DNA from: Candidatus Magasanikiibacteriota bacterium | GTDB taxonomy: Bacteria; Patescibacteriota; Patescibacteriia; Magasanikbacterales; GWA2-37-8 | NCBI GenBank assembly: GCA_041665405.1 | Contig: JBAYIZ010000006.1 | Location: 407 to 64,406 of the forward strand | DNA: 64,000 nt | Reading direction: 5' to 3' | Shown here: positions 36,448 through 44,752 of the stretch, piece after piece | Layout of the letters: every line of letters begins with the position of its first letter | How positions within the stretch are numbered: the first letter of the stretch is position 1 | Translations under genes and position numbers: made by a program | The notes under the pieces: generated by a model | What the model was told of the DNA's origin: nothing | Seen by the model: the letters and a program-made list of their open reading frames with translations, nothing else | The model's database searches: none

Positions 36448-37842
36448 TTAGATATTATTGATATATAAACGCTGTCTTATTAATTCTAGTTCTTGTTTTA
36501 GTTTTAAATCATTATCTATTTCTTTGGTAATTTTTTCGTTGGCATGCATCGCTGTGGTGTGATCGCGTCCGCCCAGCTCATCGCCAATGGAAGGGAAAGA
36601 CATTTTAAGATCATTACGCAAAATATACATAATAATCTGGCGAGGATAAGAGAGCTTCTTTTCTCGGCTTTTACCACAAACATTTTCGGTGGAAACATTG
36701 AAAAAGGTGCAAACAGTCTCTATGGTCTGTTGTGATGTGACTGAACGTCTAGCCGAAGCAGAATCAAAACTAGAAAGAATTGATTTTACTGATTCGGCTG
36801 TCGGGGCCATATTTTTTAATTGATGATAAGCAATAATTTTATTTAGGGCGCCTTCAAGCTCACGAATGTTGCTCTGAACAATAGTAGCAACTGTATTTAG
36901 GGTTTTGTCGTCCAAAACAAAATTCTTTTCTTGGCACTTTTTGCCCAAAATAGCGACACGTGTTTCAAAATCAGGGGCAGAAACATCCACAATCATTCCC
37001 CACTCGAAGCGAGATTTGAGGCGATCCTCAAGGGCAGGGATGGCTTTTGGTGGGCGGTCAGAAGTTAAAATTACCTGCTTGTTTGCCTGGTGGAGCTCGT
37101 TAAAAGTATGAAAAAACGATTCTTGGCTGGCATCTTTGCCAGCGATGAACTGAATATCATCAATTAACAAAGCGTCGATAGTACGATAGCGGTTTTGGAA
37201 GTCTCTCGCTCCACCACTACGCAAAGAAGTAATAAAATCGTTGGTAAATTTCTCAGCACTAACATACAAGATATTGGTTTGAGGGTTTTTTTTCAACAAT
37301 TCATTGCCAACCGCCTGTAAAAGATGGGTTTTCCCCAAACCTACACCACCGTAGATAAACAGTGGATTGTAGGCCTCACCAGGACGGTCTGCCACTGCCT
37401 TGGCGGCGGTGAAAGCCAATTCGGAGCCTTTGCCAACCACAAAACTATCAAAATTGTATTTTGGGTTAATGGTAAATCCATGAGAAGCGACAGATTGGTG
37501 ACTAGTTTGTTGAGAGTATGAAGGTGTTTTTTCGTTTTCATGAGATACCGACGGGGAAGGAGGGGTGTTTATTGGTTGTTCCACAACATTTTTGATATTT
37601 TCGATCTTGTATTCCATCCTTCTAATAGGAAGGGCGGTGACCCTCTCTAAAGATTGGATGATTTGGTGGTGGTGTTTTTTTTCAATCCACGCCTGATTAA
37701 AGGTGTTTGGGACGCAGACAATAACATGGCCTTCTTGAAAACTAACAATACCAGTATTTTTGAACCAGGTGTTAAAATTCGCTTTGGAAATGGTTAATTC
37801 TAATTCAGATAAAACAGCCTGCCAAATTTCATTATTAGTCAT
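36448..37842 (-). CDS. dnaA: chromosomal replication initiator DnaA
   Basis: AAA+ Walker A GGVGLGKTHL, a sensor region, and the C-terminal DnaA signature (GGRDHTTAMHA). Confidence 0.96.
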   Translation of the reverse strand: MTNNEIWQAVLSELELTISKANFNTWFKNTGIVSFQEGHVIVCVPNTFNQAWIEKKHHHQIIQSLERVTALPIRRMEYKIENIKNVVEQPINTPPSPSVSHENEKTPSYSQQTSHQSVASHGFTINPKYNFDSFVVGKGSELAFTAAKAVADRPGEAYNPLFIYGGVGLGKTHLLQAVGNELLKKNPQTNILYVSAEKFTNDFITSLRSGGARDFQNRYRTIDALLIDDIQFIAGKDASQESFFHTFNELHQANKQVILTSDRPPKAIPALEDRLKSRFEWGMIVDVSAPDFETRVAILGKKCQEKNFVLDDKTLNTVATIVQSNIRELEGALNKIIAYHQLKNMAPTAESVKSILSSFDSASARRSVTSQQTIETVCTFFNVSTENVCGKSREKKLSYPRQIIMYILRNDLKMSFPSIGDELGGRDHTTAMHANEKITKEIDNDLKLKQELELIRQRLYINNI

Positions 37843-38017
37843 AGATTGATAGTTTTATAAAACTTTTATGTTATTTTAGCACAGAAACACATCTATTAAA
37901 ACGTCGGAAATTAGCTAAAAGTGCAAAATATGTGGATAAACTGGGGATACTGTGGATTGTTGACTAAAAGCCGTTTATATGGTAATATATTCAACATAAT
38001 ACATTAAATAAAAAGGT
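37843..38017. other. oriC candidate, part 2 / dnaA promoter region with DnaA boxes
   Basis: Perfect TGTGGATAA at 37931-37939 and TGTGGATTG at 37951-37959. Confidence 0.6.
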
Positions 38018-38197
38018 ATGGCAACTAAACGAACTTATCAACCAAGTAAAAAACATCGTGCAAAAGCACACGGATTCATGGAAAGAATGTCCACAAAGAA
38101 TGGACGGACAGTACTTTCTAGACGTCGTGCCAAGGGGCGCAAGAAGCTAACAGTGTCAGATGAAAAATCTGGAAAATTGTTAAGAAAAGCCAAATAA
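38018..38197 (+). CDS. rpmH: 50S ribosomal protein L34 with a C-terminal extension
   Basis: My own translation: [59 protein letters not shown] (59 aa). It is below the track cutoff. A hairpin terminator follows at 38202-38227. Confidence 0.9.
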   Translation: MATKRTYQPSKKHRAKAHGFMERMSTKNGRTVLSRRRAKGRKKLTVSDEKSGKLLRKAK

Positions 38198-38245
38198 TCT
38201 TAAACCCCCGATTGAATCGGGGTTTTTATTTGGTATAATATTGTT

Positions 38246-38641
38246 ATGTATAGAAAAGAAAACCATTTGACCAAGGTGCGAGATTTCAATCTCGTTTTAA
38301 AACAAGGATATTGGATAAATGATCTGTTTTTTAGTTTAAAAGTATTAGACTTAGCCAAAAAAGAGGCTTATTTTCCACCCAAAGAAGATAAGGATAAGTT
38401 CAAAAAACAGCTTAAGTTAGCGGTGAATGTTGGGTTAAAGGTGTCTAAAAGTGCTGTTGTGCGCAATCGGGCAAAAAGGCAGGTTGTGGAGGTGTTGAGG
38501 GCGATGATGGCCAAAGATGAAATATTGGAAGGGTATTATTTGTTTTTTGTGGCGAAGCCGAATATCAAGGAGAAAAGTTTTGCTGAGATAAGCGATGAAG
38601 TGAAACTATTATTGCAAAAGGCAAACGTGCTAAAGAGGTAA
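38246..38641 (+). CDS. rnpA: ribonuclease P protein component
   Basis: Position after rpmH. The RNR motif context is present (VVRNRAKRQVVEVLR). Confidence 0.85.
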   Translation: MYRKENHLTKVRDFNLVLKQGYWINDLFFSLKVLDLAKKEAYFPPKEDKDKFKKQLKLAVNVGLKVSKSAVVRNRAKRQVVEVLRAMMAKDEILEGYYLFFVAKPNIKEKSFAEISDEVKLLLQKANVLKR

Positions 38642-38644
38642 TTT

Positions 38645-38739
38645 AAAAAACTTTTATTTTATTTCGCTTTTTTTGCCCGCGAGGGCAAAAGGATGAAGCC
38701 GCGGCTTCATAACCCGCTCAATTAAAATAAAAGTTTTTT
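38645..38739 (+). ncRNA. candidate structured RNA / terminator-embedded repeat, copy 2
   Basis: A 17-bp outer stem (AAAAAACTTTTATTTTA/TAAAATAAAAGTTTTTT) encloses the core TTTCGCTTTTTTTGCCCGCGAGGGCAAAAGGATGAAGCCGCGGCTTCATAACCCGCTCAA. Confidence 0.5.
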
Positions 38740-38744
38740 AAATT

Positions 38745-39020
38745 ATGCCTAAAAACCTTCTTTATTACATTAAACAAGCAACTATATTTTTGGGAATGCC
38801 GATTGTTTTTTTGATTTGGGTTTATCAAAAAACATTTTCGCCGGATCATGGGCCGTTGAAAAGATTTTTTCCTTATGGGTATTGTCGGTTTTATCCTAGT
38901 TGTAGTGAATATGGAAAACAATCTATAAAAAAACACGGCCTGTTTGTTGGAACAATCAAGGCCGGGTGGAGATTGCTAAGATGTAATCCATGGAATAAAG
39001 GGGGGATGGATTTGCCGTGA
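38745..39020 (+). CDS. yidD: membrane protein insertion efficiency factor YidD
   Basis: YQKTFSP...CRFYPSCSEYGKQSIKKHG...G...RLLRCNPW is the canonical YidD pattern. Confidence 0.9.
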   Translation: MPKNLLYYIKQATIFLGMPIVFLIWVYQKTFSPDHGPLKRFFPYGYCRFYPSCSEYGKQSIKKHGLFVGTIKAGWRLLRCNPWNKGGMDLP

Positions 39021-39022
39021 TT

Positions 39023-39069
39023 GTCATTCCCGTGAAAGCTTGTCCCCACGAAAGTGGGGACGGGAATCC
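39023..39069. repeat. nested-hairpin palindromic mini-element (ATTCCCG family), intergenic
   Basis: GTCATTCCCGtgaaagcttGTCCCCACgaaaGTGGGGACGGGAATCC lies between the convergent stops of yidD and the DUF167 gene. Confidence 0.75.
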
Positions 39070-39073
39070 GTTC

Positions 39074-39301
39074 CTAATTTTCAATCTCAATCATTTTATT
39101 TTTGCTCGTGTTGCCGGACACGATTTTTATTTTGCTTTTTGAAATATTAAAATAATCGGCGAGTAATTTTATTAAGGCGTCGTTCGCTTTTCCATCGACG
39201 GGTGGAGCGGTGAGTTTTATTTTTAAAGTGCCATCGGACATTTTTCCGATGACTTCATTTTTTGAAGAGCGGGGGAGGACGCGGATTTTTAATTTTGGCA
39301 T
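39074..39301 (-). CDS. DUF167/YggU-family protein
   Basis: 75 aa. ...LKIKLTAPPVDGKANDALIKLLADYF...I..G..S..K is typical of UPF0235. Confidence 0.8.
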   Translation of the reverse strand: MPKLKIRVLPRSSKNEVIGKMSDGTLKIKLTAPPVDGKANDALIKLLADYFNISKSKIKIVSGNTSKNKMIEIEN

Positions 39302-39431
39302 ATGTTTTACGCTTTTGTAATATGAATTTTCTTGCGCTCAGACTTGCACCGAATTTATATTACTACAGACAGCCTAGTTTGGTTCTCGGTGCTTCAGACA
39401 ATTCGCGCGGCGAAAATTAATATTAAAAAAG

Positions 39432-40280
39432 CTATTTGTTATTCCTGATGTCTTTTAAAATTTGCAAATCTTCGCGGACTTTGTCGTGTTCGGTTTCTAA
39501 GTAGTAATTTATTTTTTGAAGTCGTTTGTTTGTCAACAGAGCCTCAAAACCCGTCTTGCCAATTAGGCCTTCGCCTAAATGTTCATGACGATCTTTGTGT
39601 CCGCCTAGCTCTATTTTGCTGTCGTTGCAGTGAGACATTTTTAGCTTGTCTATACCGATTAGTTGATCAAATTTTTTGAATGTTTCTTCAACTGCTTTTG
39701 GGGTGCGAATGTCATATCCTGAGGCAAAACCATGTTGGGTATCATAGCAGACACCGATATCATATTTTTTTAATTTTTTATGATTTATAATTTCGGCAAT
39801 TTCTTCAAAAGTGTCACCAATAATTGCGCCGGCACCAGCAGAAATTTCTATTAAAAATTGGGCGCTGCCTTTGTAGCCATTTAGCATTTTTTCTAAACCG
39901 TCTACGAGCTGTGTCAGTCCTTCTTTTTCGCCAAGGTCTTTGTAACTACCTAGATGAGCCATAACATACGCCGCGCCAAGTAGAGAAGCGCGTTCGAGCT
40001 CTTCACGAACAACAGTGATTGACCCATGTTTGATTCGTGGGTTGGCACTGGCGAAGTTTATAAAATATGGGGCGTGAACCACCCATTCTTTTTGGTTATA
40101 TTCCTTGCACAAACCTCTGAATTCGTCGGCAAGTTTCTTGTTTAACGGTGCGACAAAACCACCCTGTGGAGAACGGGTAAATATTTGAAAAACTTCACAG
40201 CCAAGAGCGGCCGAGTTTTTTGGGGCGTTGGTTAGTCCGCCAGCGATAGAGACGTGGGCGCCAAAATACATAGACAACAA
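39432..40280 (-). CDS. nfo: deoxyribonuclease IV (AP endonuclease family 2)
   Basis: TIM-barrel Nfo motifs: HAPYFINFAS, HLGSY, and H..D/E metal ligands through the C-terminus. Confidence 0.88.
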   Translation of the reverse strand: MLSMYFGAHVSIAGGLTNAPKNSAALGCEVFQIFTRSPQGGFVAPLNKKLADEFRGLCKEYNQKEWVVHAPYFINFASANPRIKHGSITVVREELERASLLGAAYVMAHLGSYKDLGEKEGLTQLVDGLEKMLNGYKGSAQFLIEISAGAGAIIGDTFEEIAEIINHKKLKKYDIGVCYDTQHGFASGYDIRTPKAVEETFKKFDQLIGIDKLKMSHCNDSKIELGGHKDRHEHLGEGLIGKTGFEALLTNKRLQKINYYLETEHDKVREDLQILKDIRNNK

Positions 40281-40394
40281 GTTAAAACAGTGTTAAAATT
40301 AATCTACTTGTTTGTGAAACATGAAGTCAAACAGATATTGATATAATAACACAATATTCGAAATAATAAAAAATTAATTATTAATAATGAACAT

Positions 40395-40841
40395 ATGGAA
40401 GACACCTGCAAAGTGTGTGGTGGAAGGCATAAAACCGGCGAGTGTACCGAAAAATCGTCCAAAAAAGAAGGAAACAAAAAACGCGAACTATTTAAAGACG
40501 CCATCTGCAAAAAAATAGAAGAAAAGCTTGCCAAAATAAACTTTGGAAGTTATGATGCCGCCGAAAATTATGGTGGTGGTGATAGCGTAGACCTGTACGA
40601 TGAAGCCGACAACATAGAAGAGGTGTTAGACGAAGCAGAAGAGACTATTGATTTAGCATACAAAGAAGACTGGTCAACAGACAAGCTAATAGCAGAATTA
40701 AACAAAATAATAGTAAAGATAGACACCGAGCCCCAGGAAAAACACCTTAGCTTTGTTTCATATGGTATGGAAGAAAAACCGCTTTCGTATTATGTAGACA
40801 TAAGTGAAGAAGTGGAAAGTCACTACGGGAAACGCGGCTAG
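40395..40841 (+). CDS. hypothetical acidic protein with an N-terminal CxxC...H....C knuckle-like motif
   Basis: The motif is CKVCGGRHKTGEC. No family recognised. Confidence 0.4.
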   Translation: MEDTCKVCGGRHKTGECTEKSSKKEGNKKRELFKDAICKKIEEKLAKINFGSYDAAENYGGGDSVDLYDEADNIEEVLDEAEETIDLAYKEDWSTDKLIAELNKIIVKIDTEPQEKHLSFVSYGMEEKPLSYYVDISEEVESHYGKRG

Positions 40842-40845
40842 TTTT

Positions 40846-42840
40846 ATGAATCTTTTTTCAGGAATTAAAATTTTAGATCTCACGCGCGTTTTTAGCGGGC
40901 CTTTTGCGACCAGGCATTTTTCTGATTTTGGGGCAGAGGTGATCAAGATAGAGCCATCACAAGGAGATGACAGCCGAAAATTTCCGCCACACATTGGCAA
41001 TTGGAGCGGATATTTTGAGATTTTAAATAGGAACAAAAAATCTATTATATTGGATTTAAAAAACGACAAAGACTTGGAGAAGTTTTATAAGCTTTGCAAA
41101 AACTGCGATGTAGTGGTTGAAAATTTTTCGCCCGATGTTGCCAAAAGATTGAAAATCGATTATCAAACAATCGCAAAAATAAACTCGAACGTTATTTACG
41201 CCTCTATTTCTGGTGTCAGCGAAAATATTGTAAAAAAATATTATGATGTTATCGCGCAGGCTGAGTCTGGGTTGATATCGCTCAACGGAGAATGTGAGGA
41301 CATGAAAAATGCAACATCAGTCGTAGATGCATTTTCTGGCATGAAGTTGGCCTTTGCCATTTCATCGGCCTTGTATGGTAGAGAAAAAACAAAAAGAGGC
41401 TGTAAAATTAATGTTTCTATGAAAGGGACGGCTTTTGATCTGCTCGAACAAAACCTCATCAACACTTCAGTAACAAATATAAATCCAAAAAAAGTAGGAA
41501 ATATGGATAGTGCCATTGCACCATTTGGCGTGTTCAAAACAAAGAACGGGGCGGTAGTGGTTGCGATCGGGAACAATGATCAATGGGAAAGATTTGAAGC
41601 ATTTTTGTTAAAGCACGGACCCAAAAGAATTTTTAAACACTTTGCAACAAATATTCTTAGACTTAAAAATATTCAAAATTTAAAAACAGAAATAGAGCAG
41701 GTATTTTCTCTATATTTATCAAAAAATATAATAAAAATACTTGAAGAAAAAAATATACCATGCGGACAAGTAAAAACCATGCGCGACGTAATTAATGATG
41801 AGGAAAACTACGAGGAAAATTTGTTGGAAAAAATAAAGCACCCTATAGTGGGAGATATTGTGGTTCCAACTGGAGGTATATTTTTCTCAAAATTTAAAAA
41901 AGAAAAATATCGAATAGCCCCAGCTCTAAACATGGAATATAAGGAATATAAACAGGAACACACGAGCCAAGTGGTTGAATTACTTAACAAGTGTTTTCCT
42001 AATAAAAAAGTTACTGAAAAATCTTTCTTGTGGAAACACTTTGATAAATTTTTTAATAATAAATCAGTCGGCATAGTCGCACTCGAAGAGGGTGTGGTAT
42101 GTGCGTTTGTGTGTTTTACTCCAATTGCTATTGTAAATGGAGAAAATATTTATAATCATTTTTATTCTTGCGCGATTCAAGCCACTCACCCAGATTTCAG
42201 GCGCCAGGGGATTGTTTCCAAACTTACATTGATGGTTGAAGACAAACTTGGCCCCGCCGTTGAATATATAGGATTTTCCAATAGCGAAGGGGTTAAAATC
42301 GATAAATTTTCAAAAAAAATTAACTACGAAATTTTAGGACAAATGGCCACTAAATATGTTGTTTCGTTGCCATATTTTTCAAATTTTCATATAAAACAAA
42401 TAGACGAAATTAATTTCCAACCGAAATCTCAACACAACACAAGTGGGTTTCTTATATTGAAGAATAATGAATACTTAAAATGGAGATACAAAAATAACCC
42501 CAAAAATATATACGAATATTTTGAAATATCTAAAGAAGACGTTGTCGCCGGTTATATTATTTGTAAAAACAGCAAGTTGAAATACGAAGTTAACGAAGTG
42601 GCATTGTTTGAAAACAAAGAAAAGACATACAAAGAGGCTATTAAAGCATTTTCAAAATTTTCAATTAACAGGGGAAAGTTTTTTGTTTCTTATTCATATT
42701 TACAAAATAAATTTTGGAAGCAATGTTTTCCATTACTATCGTTTACAAAAAAAATCAACATTTATTTCACTATAAAGACCGCGGACACCAACCTAGAAGA
42801 TGTTGATAAGTGGAGAATTCAAGGCGGAGATGTCCAATAA
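40846..42840 (+). CDS. family III CoA-transferase (CaiB/BaiF-like) fused to a GNAT/FemAB-like acyltransferase domain
   Basis: An internal ATG at 40846 gives MNLFSGIKILDLTRVFSGPFATRHFSDFGAEVIKIEP, the CoA_transf_3 N-terminus. The C-terminal half has a GNAT-like FRRQGIVSKL motif. Confidence 0.65.
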   Translation: MNLFSGIKILDLTRVFSGPFATRHFSDFGAEVIKIEPSQGDDSRKFPPHIGNWSGYFEILNRNKKSIILDLKNDKDLEKFYKLCKNCDVVVENFSPDVAKRLKIDYQTIAKINSNVIYASISGVSENIVKKYYDVIAQAESGLISLNGECEDMKNATSVVDAFSGMKLAFAISSALYGREKTKRGCKINVSMKGTAFDLLEQNLINTSVTNINPKKVGNMDSAIAPFGVFKTKNGAVVVAIGNNDQWERFEAFLLKHGPKRIFKHFATNILRLKNIQNLKTEIEQVFSLYLSKNIIKILEEKNIPCGQVKTMRDVINDEENYEENLLEKIKHPIVGDIVVPTGGIFFSKFKKEKYRIAPALNMEYKEYKQEHTSQVVELLNKCFPNKKVTEKSFLWKHFDKFFNNKSVGIVALEEGVVCAFVCFTPIAIVNGENIYNHFYSCAIQATHPDFRRQGIVSKLTLMVEDKLGPAVEYIGFSNSEGVKIDKFSKKINYEILGQMATKYVVSLPYFSNFHIKQIDEINFQPKSQHNTSGFLILKNNEYLKWRYKNNPKNIYEYFEISKEDVVAGYIICKNSKLKYEVNEVALFENKEKTYKEAIKAFSKFSINRGKFFVSYSYLQNKFWKQCFPLLSFTKKINIYFTIKTADTNLEDVDKWRIQGGDVQ

Positions 42841-42876
42841 AAAAACCACCGACTAAGCGGTGGTTTTTTGATATTA

Positions 42877-44157
42877 TTATTTCAATATTTTTTCTTTCAG
42901 CCAGGCGACCACTTTTTTGTTTTGAATAGTGGCGGCTAGAGTGTCTAGGACTTCTTGGCGCTTGAGAGCCTCTTCTACTTTTGGATCGTTCTTGTATGTT
43001 ACTTTGATAAGTTCGATTTCTTTGTTGAGTTCTTCTTTTTCTACTTTGATATTGTTTTCTTTGGCGATCTGACGAGAAATAATGGCGGCCTTCACGCGAG
43101 TGAGAGCACGCTCGGCAAAATCATTGGCAATTTCTTCCTCAGTCTTTTTTACATCCTTCAAATATTTTTCAAATTCTATTCCTTGTTCCTGCAAACTGTT
43201 TTTTAATTCATAAAACATTTTTTGTTTTTCTGAAGTTATCAAAACATCTGGCACCTCACTAAACTCACTGGCCAAAATTACTTTTTCCAAAAGTTCCGCT
43301 TCGATGCGTTGGTCTTCTTTGCTCTCCGCTTCTTGTTTTAGGTTGGTCATCAAAATGTCTTTCAAAGCCTCAACGCTTTTTTGTCCAAGCTTGGCGGCAA
43401 GCTCGTCGTTGATTTCTGGGTATTCGATTGAATATACTTCGTTTACCTTGATATTGAAATCAACATTTTTTCCAGCCAAATGTTTTTGGTAATGTTCGTC
43501 TGGAAATTTTAGAGAAAATTCTTTAACTTCATCTTTTTTCAAACCAACCAATTGTTCAGCAAATCCTGGAATATAGTGTGGTTCGTTCAAATATACTTGA
43601 TGTTTTGGAGCTTGACCACCCTCAACACCCACTTTGTCGATAGACATGTTCATCGCTACTTCTACCTTATCTTCTTTGGTAGCGGAGCCTTCCTTGATCA
43701 CTTCTATCGCTTGCATTTTGCGCAAGTTGTCCAACACGTCATTAATTTCTTTGTCTCCAACCACCACTTCTTTTTTCTTGGCATTAATTTTTGTTAAGTC
43801 AGCCAATTTTACAGAAGGCAAAAGTGCGGCCACAGCTTTGAAAACAAAATCATTGTTTGGAGCCATTTTTTCAATAGTAATTTCTGGCATACCAACAGTT
43901 TCTAACTTTTCTGCCTTTACTGCTTCAAAAAAATTCTTTTCAACAATGGACTGTAACGCTTCTTCCAAAATTTTAATCTCACCAAGAGATTGTTTCACAA
44001 TATCATAAGGAGCTTTGCCTGGACGGAAACCGTGAATGGCGGCGCGCTGGGAAAGACGACCGGCGGCATCCTCCATGTTTTTTTGGTAATCGGTAGGAGT
44101 GACAGTGATCACCAGTTCTACTTGTGATTTTGGTAGTTGTTTTAAAACGTGAGCCAT
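42877..44157 (-). CDS. tig: trigger factor
   Basis: The internal start MAHVLKQLPKSQVELVITV... and GFRPGKAP (ribosome-binding signature) are present. The track start at 44202 is probably an extension. Confidence 0.9.
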   Translation of the reverse strand: MAHVLKQLPKSQVELVITVTPTDYQKNMEDAAGRLSQRAAIHGFRPGKAPYDIVKQSLGEIKILEEALQSIVEKNFFEAVKAEKLETVGMPEITIEKMAPNNDFVFKAVAALLPSVKLADLTKINAKKKEVVVGDKEINDVLDNLRKMQAIEVIKEGSATKEDKVEVAMNMSIDKVGVEGGQAPKHQVYLNEPHYIPGFAEQLVGLKKDEVKEFSLKFPDEHYQKHLAGKNVDFNIKVNEVYSIEYPEINDELAAKLGQKSVEALKDILMTNLKQEAESKEDQRIEAELLEKVILASEFSEVPDVLITSEKQKMFYELKNSLQEQGIEFEKYLKDVKKTEEEIANDFAERALTRVKAAIISRQIAKENNIKVEKEELNKEIELIKVTYKNDPKVEEALKRQEVLDTLAATIQNKKVVAWLKEKILK

Positions 44158-44271
44158 ATATGTATGATTAAAAATACTTCGCAATATTATCTTAAAACAC
44201 AAAAAAAGTCAATTTTATGGCTGTGGTATTGCTTTTTTGAGGATGTTGGTGTATATTTTTTAAATCCACCC

Positions 44272-44529
44272 GTGGCCAGGTCGTGTTATATAGACACAGC
44301 CTCGGCGACTATAGCGAAAGAGGGGAAACCATGGCGCGAGCCAAACCGGCAACGGACACGTGTTGAGGTACATGTTCGATTCCAGTTCAACCTCAGGCCG
44401 CAACAACGGGCTGAGGAGGCCACGCAGAAGGCCAAGAAGTGGCAGAGGGACAACCCGGGCTGGGGCTGTGATCCCAACCCCACGACGATCGGCAACGGCT
44501 ACGCTACCTTCAGGGCTCGTCGCACCTGA
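44272..44529 (+). pseudogene. G+C-rich islet 3 ORF with unresolved start (possibly frameshifted or a gene fragment)
   Basis: G/C-rich third positions mark this frame from about 44380 to TGA 44527-29 (...QQRAEEATQKAKKWQRDNPGWGCDPNPTTIGNGYATFRARRT). The only SD+ATG (GAGGGG-N6-ATG 44331) is in another frame and stops after 11 codons. The in-frame candidates are GTG 44272, or the AT-rich extension at 44149. Confidence 0.3.
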
Positions 44530-44660
44530 CGACGATCAACCTCTTCGACGCACACCCCCAGTCGAGCACAAGTTGCTCCTGGGGGCGGGGCTTAGATGAA
44601 ATTATCCTTCCTGTCCTAAGTAGAAAAAATATTTTCTTTTTAGGACAAGGATAATTTCTT

Positions 44661-44698
44661 AAAATAAAAAATCTCGACGTTATGGTCGAGATTTTTTT
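44661..44698. terminator. bidirectional intrinsic terminator
   Basis: AAAAAATCTCGAC-gttatg-GTCGAGATTTTTTT. Confidence 0.75.
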
Positions 44699-44707
44699 GT
44701 GTTTGAG

Positions 44708-44731
44708 GATTCCCGCTTTCGCGGGAATGAC
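44708..44731. repeat. ATTCCCG palindromic mini-element, intergenic
   Basis: GATTCCCGCtttcGCGGGAATGAC, about 20 nt from the hppA stop. Confidence 0.75.
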
Positions 44732-44752
44732 AACACACGAAGAATGGTGTTT

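Noticed and set aside
39301-39431. Possible regulatory RNA in the 130-nt spacer between the DUF167 gene and nfo (GCACCGA...TCGGTGC pairing)
   Set aside because: There is only one 7-bp stem with a 33-nt loop. There is no promoter/terminator pair and no second copy, so the evidence is insufficient.
44340-44400. tRNA/tmRNA-like T-loop string GTTCGATTCC in islet 3
   Set aside because: The flanking bases (ACATG / CAGTT) cannot form a T-stem. There is no acceptor stem or CCA context. The string lies within the GC3-supported coding frame.
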